Origin: Octopus sinensis
Taxonomy: Eukaryota
Length of the DNA stretch: 64,000 bases
Reading direction: 5' to 3'
NCBI RefSeq assembly: GCF_006345805.1
Contig: NC_043001.1
Span: 29,698,001 to 29,762,000, forward strand
The position numbers were made by a program, and so were the translations under genes. The notes below the pieces were generated by a model, which did not search any database, was not told where the DNA came from, and saw only the letters and a program-made list of their open reading frames with translations. This document shows, piece after piece, positions 1-13,224 of the stretch; the first letter of the stretch is position 1; the number at the start of each line of letters is the position of its first letter.

Positions 1-557
1 TACCAGTTTCACTTTTTAGAAAAAGATGGTCAAAAGTAATATGTAAAAGTTTGGTTGTGTTAATTATTGGTTGTCACAAAATACTGCAATACATATATAC
101 ATTCTTTGGTATGTTAAGAACATAAAAAAGTTTAACAAGTTCGTTAAAATATTGGGCACACTGTCACTTGAAGTAGAAAATAGTCTTTTACAATAACATG
201 GTGGACCAGGTCAGTTTGAGCTTCCCTACTACTATAATGCAAACTTTTTTGAACTCATATTCTGTGCGGGTATGTATATACAGATGCAATACCTAATTCC
301 ACTGAACTTTTCAATAATTCCTTCTGGAAACTATCTTTAACATTTTCTTGAGAATGTATATATATGTTGTAATATTTTGTGCCCAATATTTTAATGAACT
401 TGTTAAACTTTTTTATGTCCTTAACATGTTCTTGTTACCAAAGACTGTATAACAAGTTCATTAAAATATTGTAGCACTTTGTGACAACCAATAATTAACA
501 CAACCAAACTTTTACATATTACTTTTGACAATCTTTTTCTAAAAAGTGAAACCGGTA
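1..557. repeat. Long imperfect inverted repeat (MITE/fold-back-like), left arm possibly cut by the window edge
   Basis: 1-80 is the near-exact reverse complement of about 478-557; complementarity continues inward to about 160/380. Confidence 0.8.
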
Positions 558-616
558 AAGTAAATAAATATCTTTTAAAACTGCATTTTCAAACCTTCTT
601 TCATATATATATATAG

Positions 617-975
617 GTGCATGGCTCAGTGAAGGCGCATGGCTCAGTGAAGGCGCATGGCTAGGTGGTTAGAGTGTCGAGCTTATGATCGTGAGGTTGT
701 GAGCTCGAATCACGGACCGGGCCGTGTGTTGTGTTCTTGAGTAAGGCACTTTATTTCACGTTGCTCCAGTTCATTCAGCTGTAGAAATGAGTTGCGATGT
801 CACTTGTGCCAAGCTGTATCGACCTTTGTCTTTCCCTTGGATAACACTTGTGGCGTGGAGAGGGAAGGCCGGTATGCATAGGCGACTGCTGGCCTTCCAT
901 AAGCAACCTCGCCCGGACTTGTGTCTAGGATGGTAACTTTCTAGGTGCAATCCCATGGTCTGTGTCGTGACCGAA
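617..975 (+). mobile_element. tRNA-derived SINE (family D) with triplicated 18-bp head
   Basis: Box A-like GGCTCAGTGG, box B-like GCTCGAATC, then TTGTGTTCTTGAGTAAGGCACTT body shared with 20748-21050; ends at a (TA)n tract. Confidence 0.7.
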
Positions 976-1007
976 GGGGGTCTCCTCCTATATATATATA
1001 TATATGC

Positions 1008-1056
<49 letters not shown>

Positions 1057-1290
1057 GATACATATATGTATATATATGCATATATGTATATATATATACA
1101 CATATATGCTTATATATATATATAAATATGCACATATGTATATATATATATATATACATATATATGTATATGCATACATGTGGATATATATATATACATA
1201 TATATAGAGGCATATATGTATCATATATATATATATATACATATATATATAGGCATATATGTATCATATATATATATATATATACATATT
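976..1290. repeat. (TA)n/(TATACA)n compound microsatellite
   Basis: Direct reading; source of the YI-repeat ORFs. Confidence 0.95.
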
Positions 1291-1428
1291 TAAATTTTAA
1301 ATACAAAATACTCTACACACCAATATCATGAGGTGTCATTAATTTACCTATTTCAGCATTATAAGTAAAATTTTTATTTATATCTTCTTATTTTGTATTT
1401 TCTTAATGAATTAAAATGCATAACTTAC

Positions 1429-1617
1429 CCCACTATCTGCATCTGAAGCTTGTACCTGATAAAGAGGTTGGCTAATACCTTGGCTTTCTTTTCTACATAT
1501 TTGAATAGACGGACCAGAAGTGATGACAGGAGAATGCAGATTTCTTGATACTAAAACAGTCACAACAGCAAAGGCACTTTTAGGTGGTTGTCCTCCATCA
1601 TTGGCGCTGACAAAAAT
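1429..1617 (-). CDS. Cadherin exon 24 (189 nt, A-type); gene continues beyond position 1
   Basis: ttttag|[63 protein letters not shown]|gtaag. Confidence 0.92.
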
Positions 1618-3042
1618 CTAAAAATAAAAGTAAACAAATAAAAAATGGGTCAGTTATAGGAAATAATAGTAAACAAGGAATGTGTTAAGATTATCATCTT
1701 AAAATGAATACGAACAGCCATGCTACATGGCAGTGAAACATGGGCCGTGACTGCTGAGGACATGCGTAAGCTCACGAGAAATGAAGCTAGTATGCTCCGT
1801 TGGATGTGTAATGTCAGTGTTCATAGTCGACAGAGTGTAAGTACCTTGAGAGAAAAGTTGGACCTAAGAGGCATCAGATGTTGTGTGCAAGAGAGACGAT
1901 TGCGCTGGTATGGTCATGTGGTGAGAATGGATGAAGATAGGTGTGTGAAAAAGTGCCACACCCTGGCAGTTGAGGGGACCTGTGGAAGAGGTAGACCCAG
2001 GAAAACCTGGGTCGAGGTGGTGAAGCACGACCTTCGAACTCTAGGTCTCACCAAGGAAATGACCAGAGACCGAGACCTATGGAAGTATGCTGTGCGTGAG
2101 AAGACCCGGCAAGACCAGTGAGAACAATCAAAATCAAATCATATATCAGAAAGCAGGGGTTAAGTGACCCATCCGTTCGTGTCCGCTGTCAGCCTCGTCT
2201 GGCACCCGTGCCGGTGATACGTAAAAGCACCATTTGCTTGTGGCCGTTTGCCAGCTCTGCCTGGCCCCCATGTCGGTGGCACGTAAAAGCACCGTCCGTT
2301 CGTGGCCGTTTGCCAGCTCTGTCTGGCCCCGTGTCGGTGGCACGTAAAAGCACCATCCGTTCGTGTCCGTTGCCAACATCGCCTGGCCCCGTGCCGGTGA
2401 CACGTAAAAGCACCATCCGTTCGTGGCCGTTCGCCAGCTCTGTCTGGCACCTGTGCAGGTGGCACGTAAAAAACACCCACTACACTCGCGGAGTGGTTGG
2501 CGTTAGGAAGGGCATCCAGCCGTAGAAACACTGCCAGATCTGACTGGGCCTGACGAAGCCTTCCAGCTTCACAGACCCCAGTTGACCCGTCCAACCCATG
2601 CTAGCATGGAAAGCGGACGCTAAATGATGATGATGATAATGATGATGATGAATGCTAGTATAATTGATAGTTATTGGGAGGCAATTATCTGCTGGCGTAG
2701 CCATACTAACACCGTATTATATTATTAAACTATTTGCTCAGATCGAATTGACTTAGACACATAGGTGGCATGCACAAATTAGCATTAAATCATTCTTAGG
2801 GTATTTTATAAAAATTATTATTTTATCATTTTGTTGTTGAATTCTAAGCCAACTTTGTTTCAGCAAACTTGGTCCAATAAAACTTGGCACCAGTCTTATC
2901 ATAAGTGTTGCTATCAGCCCACAAAGAACAGGGACACACACCACAGGGCATGCCATTCAACCCTCTGCTTGTTTTGAGAACCTTCCTCACACAATGCATA
3001 TGCATACATACACTCACACACACACACACACACAAAGATGCA

Positions 3043-3114
<72 letters not shown>

Positions 3115-5686
3115 CTGCAACACACAATTCTCACTGATAAGAATAACGTTTCTAAAATGGATAGAGAAACTCAAATGATTGTTTTGGTCCAGTGGTAGAA
3201 AGTTTGTCATGTTTTCTGAAGTTGTGGGTTCAAGTCCCATGGGCAGCCTTCAACTTCATCTATCCAAAGGGTTTTTTGACCCAATATTTACATGCTATTA
3301 TTTGTAGCTTTCTCTGCTTTGAATTTCACCATTCCAAAAAGGCTGAGCAACTTTGAAAAGTCTCCCTTATGTATTAGTTCATAGCTTAATCCCTTAGTTG
3401 AAAAGGCTCCCTTATTTATAAGTTCATAGTTTAACATTTAGTTGAAAAGGCTCCTTAATTTATTAGTTCATAATTTGATCAGAATGTTATACTAAATATT
3501 CCCACTATAAATGATATAAGTGATGAACACTGTGGGACATGATTTTTATTCTTGGGTAGCTACTGTTATTTCTTATTTGCTTAGAAAGTTTGAAAAATGG
3601 CTAATATTTGGGAACTTTTGAGAGAACTAGAAATAATTCTTTTTTAGAAGAGTGAATCTCAAAGCATACAAATAGGTAGGTAGGTAGATAGTTGGGCAGA
3701 GAGGTATGTATGTATGTATACATGCATGTATGTAGGTAGGCAGGTAAGTATGTAGGTAGGTAGATAGGTAGGCAGGTAGGTTGGTAGGTAGGTAGGTAGG
3801 TAGGTGTGTAGACAGGTGGGTAGCTTGGTAGATATGTAGGTAGATATATAGGTAGGTAAGTAGATAGGTAGGTGTGTAGACAGGTGGGTAGCTTGGTAGA
3901 TATGTAGGTAGATATATAGGTAGGTAAGTAGATAGGTAGGTAGATAGGTGGGTAGATAGGTGCGTAGATAGGTAGGTATGTATGTAGATATGTAGGTAGA
4001 TATGCAGGTGAATAGATAAGTAGGTAGGTAGATAGGTAGGTAGATAGGCAGGTAGGTGTGTAGACAGGTAGGTAGCTAGGTAGAGATGTGAGTAGGTAAA
4101 TAGATAGGTAGGTAGATTGGTGGGTAGATAGGCGGGTAGATAGGTGGGTAGATAGGTAGGTATGTATGTCAGTAAGTAGGTAGTTATGCAGGTGGATAGA
4201 TAGGTAGGTAGGTAGGTTTGGGTGGATTGATGGGTGGATGGATGGATAATTGTTATGCTTACATTTTAAATCAGGAGCTTTTATTTGTCTTTTTAATCAT
4301 TTTAAATTTTTAGTTTCACCTAACTTCAATAGAATATGCATCAGCATAACAGCTAACTTCATAATGTACATAATTTTGGTCTTCTGACCCAAATAGATAT
4401 ATCAGGTTTCTTATATTTACACTTGGTAGGAGTTTTGGGGAAATATTGGACCAATGTTCATTTGCTTGTATGTATGTTATGTCTGTAATATATGCAATGT
4501 ATGTCATCATCATCATCATCGTTTAACTAGCATGGGTTGGATGATTTGACTGAGGACTGGTGAACCAGATGGCCGCACCAGGCTCCAATCTTGATTTGGC
4601 ATGGTTTCTACAGCTGGATGCTCTTCCTAATGCCAACCACTCCAAGAGTATAGTGGGTGCTTTTACGTGCCACCAGCACGAGGGCCAGTCAGGCAGTACT
4701 GGCAACAGTCACGGAAAATCGTGTTTTTTTTTCTTTACATGTCACCTGCACACTGGTTCAAGTGCCAGTAAGGCGACGCTGGTAACAATCACGCTCGATT
4801 GGTGCTTTTTACATGCCACCAGCACGAATGCCAGTTAGCTGCTCTGGCAACGATCATGCTCAGATGGTGCTCCTAGTGCTCCGCTAGCACGGATGCCAGT
4901 CATCAAATTTGATTTCGATTCCGATTTCACTTGCCTCAACAGGTCTTCGCAAGCAGTGTCCAATGAAGGGAAGGTATGCATAAGCATGCTGGTTACACTC
5001 CCTGGCTTAGGTTATGTGTATATATGTATAGATATGTGGAGGTGCAATGGCCCTGTGGACTTGCAGTTGTAGGATTGCAGTTTTGATTCCCAGACTGAGT
5101 GTTGTGAGCGTTTATTTAGTGAAAACACCTAAAGCTCTATGAGGCTCTGGCAGGGGGTGATGGTGAACCCTGCTGTACTCTTTCACCACAACTTTCTCTC
5201 ACTCTTTCTTCCTGTATTTCAAAGAGCCAGCCTTGTCACACACTGTGTCACACTGAATCTCCTCGAGAACTACATTAAGGATACACGTGTTAAACGATGA
5301 TGATGATGATGATGATGTGTCTGTGGAGTGCTCAGCCACATGCACGATAATTTCACGAGCAGGCTGTTCCATTGATCAGATCAACTGGCACCCTTGTCAT
5401 CGTAACCGACAGAGTGGCACGATGTATGGATGGATGGATGCACAAAACATTCAGAAGAATGGATGGACAGATGCATGGGTAAATAGATTGCTGGATGGAT
5501 GGATGGATGGATGGATGGATTAGTGAATTTTTGTGCTTTTAAATGTTTGGGAGGAATGTGTTCAGTTTTTCAACTGAAATAAATCAGTGTTTATATACTT
5601 TATTAGCAGCTGAAGCTTCTTGAAACTGAGTTCAAATATTGATTAAAGGCTTATGATACATGATAAACTTCAGTCTTTAACATACA

Positions 5687-5720
<34 letters not shown>

Positions 5721-5739
5721 CTTACAAACGTACATATAG

Positions 5740-5795
<56 letters not shown>

Positions 5796-7224
5796 ATCCT
5801 GGCAGTTGAGGGGACCTGTGGAAGAGGTAGACCCAGGAAAACCTGGGTCGAGGTGGTGAAGCACGACCTTCGAACTCTAGGTCTCACCAAGGAAATGACC
5901 AGAGACCGAGACCTATGGAAGTATGCTGTGCGTGAGAAGACCCGGCAAGACCAGTGAGAACAATCAAAATCAAATCATATATCAGAAAGCAGGGGTTAAG
6001 TGACCCATCTGTTCGTGTCCGCTGTCAGCCTCGTCTGGCACCCGTGCCGGTGATACGTAAAAGCACCATTCGCTCATGGCCATTTGCCAGCTCTGCCTGG
6101 CCCCGTGTCGGTGGCACGTAAAAGCACCATCCGTTCGTGTTCGTTGCCAGCCTCGCCTGGCCCCGTGCCGGTGACACGTAAAAGCACCGTCCGTTCGTGG
6201 CCGTTGGCCAGCTCTGTCTGGCCCCGTGTCGGTGGCACGTAAAAGCACCATCCGTTCGTGGCCATTTGCCAGCTCTGTCTGGCCCCGTGTCGGTGGCACG
6301 TAAAAGCACCATCCGTCCGTGTCCGTTGCCAGCCTCGGCTGGCCCCCGTGCCGGTGATACGTAAAAGCACCGTCCGCTCGTGGCCGTTTGCCAGCTCTGT
6401 CTGGCAACCGTGTCGGTGGCACGTAAAAGCACCATCCGTTCGCATCTGTTGCCAGCCTCGGCTGGCCCCCGTGCCAGTGACACGTAAAAGCACCGTCCGT
6501 TCGTGGCCGGTTGCCAGCTCTGTCTGGCCCCGTGTCGGTGGCACGTAAAAGCACCATCCGTTCATGTCCGTTGCCAGCATCGCCTGGCCCCGAGCCGGTG
6601 ACACGTAAAAGCACCATCCGTTCGTGGCCGTTCACCAGCTCTGTCTGGCACCTGTGCAGGTGGCACGTAAAAAACACCCACTACACTCGCGGAGTGGTTG
6701 GCGTTAGGAAGGGCATCCAGCCGTAGAAACACTGCCAGATCTGACTGGGCCTGACGAAGCCTTCCAGCTTCACAGACCCCAGTTGACCCGTCCAACCCAT
6801 GCTAGCATGGAAAACGGACGCTAAACGATGATGATGATGATGATATATACAAGTTCAGTAAAAATTTAGATTCAGTTGAATATGGTACGTAAGTTAAAGG
6901 CACTAGAATTTGTTATGGTATTATCCCTATAAATCAAATGGGGTGATTATAATCAAAATAAGCAACAAGGATATCCAATGGTAGTGTAGTACAATCGTTT
7001 CATGTGACTTCATTTAATTAAACAATGCAAGTATTACATCAGTTCTAAAATGTAGAGCAATCTTCAGCTGCATATGGAATTTTTTAGTTGAATTGACAAT
7101 TCCATAGGCAGCTGAAGATTGCTCTACATTTTAAAACTGATGTAATACTTGCATTGTTTAATTAAATGAAGTTGCATGAACGATTGTACTACACTACCAT
7201 TGGATATCCTTGTTGCTTATTTTG

Positions 7225-7293
<69 letters not shown>

Positions 7294-7491
7294 AGAGAGA
7301 CGTTTGCGCTGGAATGGTCATGTACTATGGATGAATGAGGAGATATGTGTGAAGAAGTGCCACTCCCAAACAGTTGAAGGAATCCAGGGTAGAGGTAGAC
7401 CTAGGAAGATTTGGGATGAGGTAGTCAAGCATGACCTTCAAACGTTGGGCCTCACAAAACTCCATAAACTGGCCATAGCTATCTTTCACTA

Positions 7492-7559
<68 letters not shown>

Positions 7560-10500
7560 AAGAAAGGAAAGAAGGAAGAAAGATAGATACATAAATACAT
7601 ACACACACATGCTATGTACATATTAGCACATATGTACACATCATTTCATTATATACAGATGCATACCAAAAAACTTTTACAATTATGAACATTTATAAAT
7701 TATTTTAAAATCTTACTTGGTAGGTACTCTGTGATGCTGTTCCAATTGATTTCTTCAAAGTTATTAATCCAGTGTTTGAATCTATGGCAAAGTAATTCTT
7801 TGCCTCATCATTTCCTTCTATACTGTAAGTGATTAAATTAAATGGTGCCTGAAAAGACAGTTACATAAACTTCTGTTATTATTTAAACTTCTTTCAAAAA
7901 AAAAATCTCATAATGGTATTATAATTTGTTTATCTTTAAACATTTATTGAAACATTTCTTTTGTCAACTTTAAACAATAGGTGTAGGCATGGCTGTGTGG
8001 TAAGAAGTTCGTTTACCAGCAACAGGGATCCAGGTTTGGTCCCACTGCACAGCACTTTGGGCTGGTGTCTTTTACCATAGCTTTCAGCCAACCAAAGACT
8101 GGATTTGGTAGATGGAAACTGAAAGAAATCTATCATATATATATATATATATATATACGACGTGGGTGCTGAAACATTCCTGGCTTTGGGTAACAGAAAA
8201 TAGAGAAGGAACAATTAATTATAGTTTTATCCAACATATTCCCCTCTCAGATTCACATACCTTTTGCAATGGTCCTTCAGTTGTTCTAAGCCCTATGAAA
8301 GATCCTTAAAGTTAGGAACTTTTCAGCACCTCCTTGTGTCTGTAAGTTCCAGGGATGATTTGTTTGACTGAAACCTTTCAAGGCAATGCCCCAGCTTGGC
8401 CACAGTTCAATGAGTGAAACAAGCAAAAGGTAAAATACAATACATACTTATAATTGTCACTGATTCTCAGACCAAAACTTTGAAACACTTCCATTCTGCT
8501 TGACATATAATAAAGTGCAATGTGTCACAATGCTGAACATATTACGTGGTTCAAATATGTAGAGAGAATGCCAGTTTGGTTGTATGATTTGTTTTCCAAC
8601 CACAAAGTCTTGGGTTTAGTCTGATTGTGTGGCACCAAGGGCAAGTGTCTTATACTATAGCCCCAGGCTAACCAAAGCTCATGGGAGCAAATGGGATTTG
8701 GGAGACAGAAACTGAAAGAAGTTTGTCGTATGTATGTATGTATGTATGTATGTATGTATGTATGTATGTATGTATGTATGTATGTATGTATGTATGTATG
8801 TATGCATGCATGTACGTATGTATGCCATTATTCAGTTTTATTTCAAGATTTCTTGCCAATAGAAAAAGAGCTGTTTTCTAACCTAGATCCAAGGCTCCAT
8901 CATTGTAATTCCAAGATCAACAGGGTGTTTTTGTATATATGTATATGTGCAGATTTGTTTGTATGTTTTGTTTTATGTATATGTTCTCATGTATATAGTT
9001 GCATGTCCATACATGCTCATATATACTTAAAAGATTAACTTCTGGAAAGTTTGGCAGCTTTTTACAGTTCCAGTGATAATTTGGATTTGCAGTCTTCAAA
9101 TAAGTTTTCTCCTTTCTGGTTTTAAGAAGTCTAATTTCTCATGATTGGTATTTAAGTAGTGTATTACAATGTATGTATGTATGTATGTATGTATGTATGT
9201 ATGTGTGTGTGTGTGTTTGTATTATGTATGTATGTGTGTATGTATGTGTGTGTGTGTATGTATGTACGTATGTGCATGTATATGTATGTATATATGTATG
9301 TGTATATGTATGCATGTATGTATGTATGTGTGTATGTATGCATGTATGTGTGTATGTATGTATGTATGTATGTATGTATGCATGTATGTATGTGTGTGTA
9401 TGAGTTTGTATTATGTATGGGTGTATGATGTATGTATGTATGTATGTATGTATGTATGTATGTATGTATGTATGTATGTATGTATGCATGCATGTACGTA
9501 TGTATGCCATTATTCAGTTTTATTTCAAGATTTCTTGCCAATAGAAAAAGAGCTGTTTTCTAACCTAGATCCAAGGCTCCATCATTGTAATTCCAAGATC
9601 AACAGGGTGTTTTTGTATATATGTATATGTGCAGATTTGTTTGTATGTTTTGTTTTATGTATATGTTCTCATGTATATAGTTGCATGTCCATACATGCTC
9701 ATATATACTTAAAAGATTAACTTCTGGAAAGTTTGGCAGCTTTTTACAGTTCCAGTGATAATTTGGATTTGCAGTCTTCAAATAAGTTTTCTCCTTTCTG
9801 GTTTTAAGAAGTCTAATTTCTCATGATTGGTATTTAAGTAGTGTATTACAATGTATGTATGTATGTATGTATGTATGTATGTATGTGTGTGTGTGTGTTT
9901 GTATTATGTATGTATGTGTGTATGTATGTGTGTGTGTGTGTATGTATGTACGTATGTGCATGTATATGTATGTATATATGTATGTGTATATGTATGCATG
10001 TATGTATGTATGTGTGTATGTATGCATGTATGTGTGTATGTATGTATGTATGTATGTATGTATGCATGTATGTATGTGTGTGTATGAGTTTGTATTATGT
10101 ATGGGTGTATGTATGTATGTATGTATGTGTATGTATGTACGTATGTATGTGCATGTATGTGTATGTATATATGTATGTGTATATGTATGCATGTATGTAT
10201 GTATGTATGTATGTATGTATGTATGTATGTATGTATGTATGCATGTATGTATGTGTATTTTGAGAAATCTCGAGTTGCACATGAGAAAGTAAGGAGGGAT
10301 GTCAGGAAGGGCATCGCTGTTACACTTCCAGATGGAAAGGGTCTTCCTATGATGCTGGCATGCAGTGTCTGTGCAAGACTCTGCCTCAGTAAAGCGGGAT
10401 TCAAGAGTCATTTTCGTAGTCATAAAGCGAGACAGATGAGTGACAACCTGGCCACTAGTGGTAGTGTTACACACCATACTAATCATATCTGTCAGGCATG

Positions 10501-12845
10501 TGGAAGAGAGTGTAATTCCACAGGAGGACTTAAATAACATGCAAAGGCACATGAAGCCCAGTTACAACTACAGCTGGCTATTGCCAGTAAAGCTTTTAGC
10601 TGCCAATTCTGTACAAGTCATTGTAGATCTTTAGCTGGGCTAAAAAGTCACATTTGATCACAGCACCAATAACAGGTAAGCTTCGTGCAATGGCCATACT
10701 CGATAACGATGGTGCAACCATCATGTATGTGTAACTGTTTTTTTGACTTGACTTCCTGTGATAGTTGTAAACAAGTGCCTCTGCAATGTAAGCAGTGCTC
10801 TTTGTTTCCAGTTTATCAAGAAAACATGTCTGGGCATGGGGAATATTACCTTGCTTGGAAACTGGACCAGTCTTTGAATTACAGAATATGACAAGACTGA
10901 ATCTCCTTGAGAACTACACTAAGGTTATGTGTGTCTGTGGAGTGCTCAGCTACTTGCACGTTAATGTGTCATGAGCAGGCAGTTCCATTGATGTGATCAA
11001 GAGGAACGCTCATCATCATAACCGACAGTGGCAGAAAAAATATTAACAGAAAAAAATTGAAGCACAGGACTGACCAATGCCTTGGGAGTGAATTTGTAAA
11101 TAAAAACTGTGTGGAAGCCCATCACACACACACTCATGTTTGTTTGTTAGTGTGTGTGTGTGTCTTTGGTGCCTGTATGTGGTAGTTATATCTCCATAAC
11201 TTAGTCGTTTGACAAAAGAGACTGACAGAATAAGGGCCATGATTTAAAAACAAATAAGTACTGGTATCAGATTGTCCAATTATAAACCCTTCAAGGTAAT
11301 GCCCCAGCATGGCCATAGTTCAATGAGTGAAGCAAGTAAAAAATGAAAAATAAAAAATAAAAAAGAGAAAGAAAAGAAGCAAAGAAGCAAAGAAAAATCA
11401 AAACACTTACATTAGTATCCTGATCAGAAGCTAAAATTTGGGCAATTTGTTCACCAGGATTTGCTGTTGAGCTGATACTTTTTTCAATATATTTCTCCGT
11501 AAAGGTTGGTGAAAATTTATTTCTCTGTACCTGAATGGTAACTTTAGCATCAAAAGTAGAGGAACGTGGAGGATCTCCTTGATCTTGGGCTGCTATTGTA
11601 AGCTGAAATAAAAAGATTATTTTAAAATGAATTTTATTTTGTATCAGTGAACATCTTTCAAATTTTTCTGTCTAAAAGGGTTTTCAACTCAATATTTAGA
11701 TACTATTATTTATAGCCTTATATGCTTCAAGATCCATTGGTCAAAAAAAAAAAAAGCAATTATCTCACATTCTCTTGAAAGTTTTTAAAATTCTTGTGAC
11801 ATTTTGAATTTTAATTTAATTGATTTTTTTATGAGTTAAAATAGAGATTTAAATTCAATAACATCTTTTTTGTATTCTAATTAATTTCACATCAAAACCT
11901 GTTCACTATTGCTCAATTATTTTGATATCAATATCTAATATCCTAAACGATATAATCTATGAGAACTTGTAATGTTTCAAGGTAAGTGTTGGATATTTCT
12001 TTCATAGTTTCATTGAAATATATTACAATTTTCTTTATGTTTATTACAGAATTATTAAAATTTCACTTACGGTATAGGAGTTATCACTGTCTCCAGAAAT
12101 ACTTTGCATTAAAGAAATAGCACCAGTCACTGAGTTTATATAAAACTTGTCAGATTTAAACGATGGTTTAATTGAATAAGAAATTACATTGTTGGGGCTC
12201 TGTGAATAAAGAAAAAACAACATAAAAGTTTAATTAATTAATTATTTTTTTTTGAAAAGGCTTCTTAGAATAATTATTATAACATTAAAACTATAAATAT
12301 ATTATAAAAAGGATTTTTTAAATATTTTAAACTATCAGTATTGCCCGGCATTGCTCAGGTTTGTAAGGGAAATACCTATATAAGCATTTTTAGAGATGTA
12401 AAGTATAATAGCCATCTCAATATGGCTAACCACAAAGTGGGGGGGTGTTACTGTAGCTTTTTACATTTTGAGATTTAATAATAAATTTTTAGAGAGTTAC
12501 TTCCCTTATATATGCCAAAAATGCATTAAAAATGGGAAAAATTGATGGTAAATTTTTTTTTAAATCGTAGACTCATCATAGATGTGCGCTAATACCCAGA
12601 AGGGCTCGATATAAATCACGACTATAAGATACCCGGTTTTGGTTAAACTGCACCGCAAAATGTGGGAGTAGTTAGGAATCTAAATCGTAGGAGACAGACA
12701 GCACACAACCTCACTTTTATATATAAAGATTTAACACACCAACATATTCTAAATTGGACACCATAAGAGTGTTTGAAGTACAGTATTGAGAAATCATAAT
12801 TTACATACAAAGTTTTTTTTCACTATACACACACACACATGTGTG

Positions 12846-12904
<59 letters not shown>

Positions 12905-13224
12905 TATAGGATAAATTCTTTATAAGAATTTATCAAGTAGTTAGTGTGAAAAACCCCATAAGGGAAAAATTTATTAATTATTCCCTATAAATATATTTAT
13001 TTATATTAAGGGCATTACTATACATAAATGCCTCATGCTAGGAGGGACTCTTAAAGTCAAAACTACCATAATAACTACATTGTACCAAACGTGAGGGAAT
13101 GCAACTCGCAACTCTCGAAGCTTTGAGAGTTGCATTCCCTCACCTTTGGCACAATGTGGTTATTATGGTCGTTTTGACTTTAAGAGTCCCTCCTAGCATG
13201 TGCCATTTATGTATAGCAATGCCC

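Noticed and set aside
771-1331. YI-, MYVC- and HT-repeat ORFs here and at 8668-10400, 14364-14772, 15437-15688, 21991-22467 and similar
   Set aside because: These are translations of (TA)n, (TATG)n and (CA)n microsatellites.
4316-4519. ORF in intron 23 as a cadherin exon
   Set aside because: It has no cadherin pattern, and exon 23 joins exon 24 (1429-1617) in frame with complete domain continuity.
5982-6677. CRISPR-like array (conserved ~30-nt core alternating with ~30-nt segments) and its long overlapping ORFs
   Set aside because: The intervening segments are only two recurring variants rather than unique spacers, there are no cas genes, the context is eukaryotic, and the array lies inside a LINE 3'UTR. 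The ORFs arise from the stop-free GC-rich repeat.
10097-10537. Functional nested zinc-finger gene on the plus strand
   Set aside because: The start lies in a microsatellite, there are in-frame stops within fingers 2 and 3, and no splice acceptor or host-type linkers are evident. Kept only as a relic.
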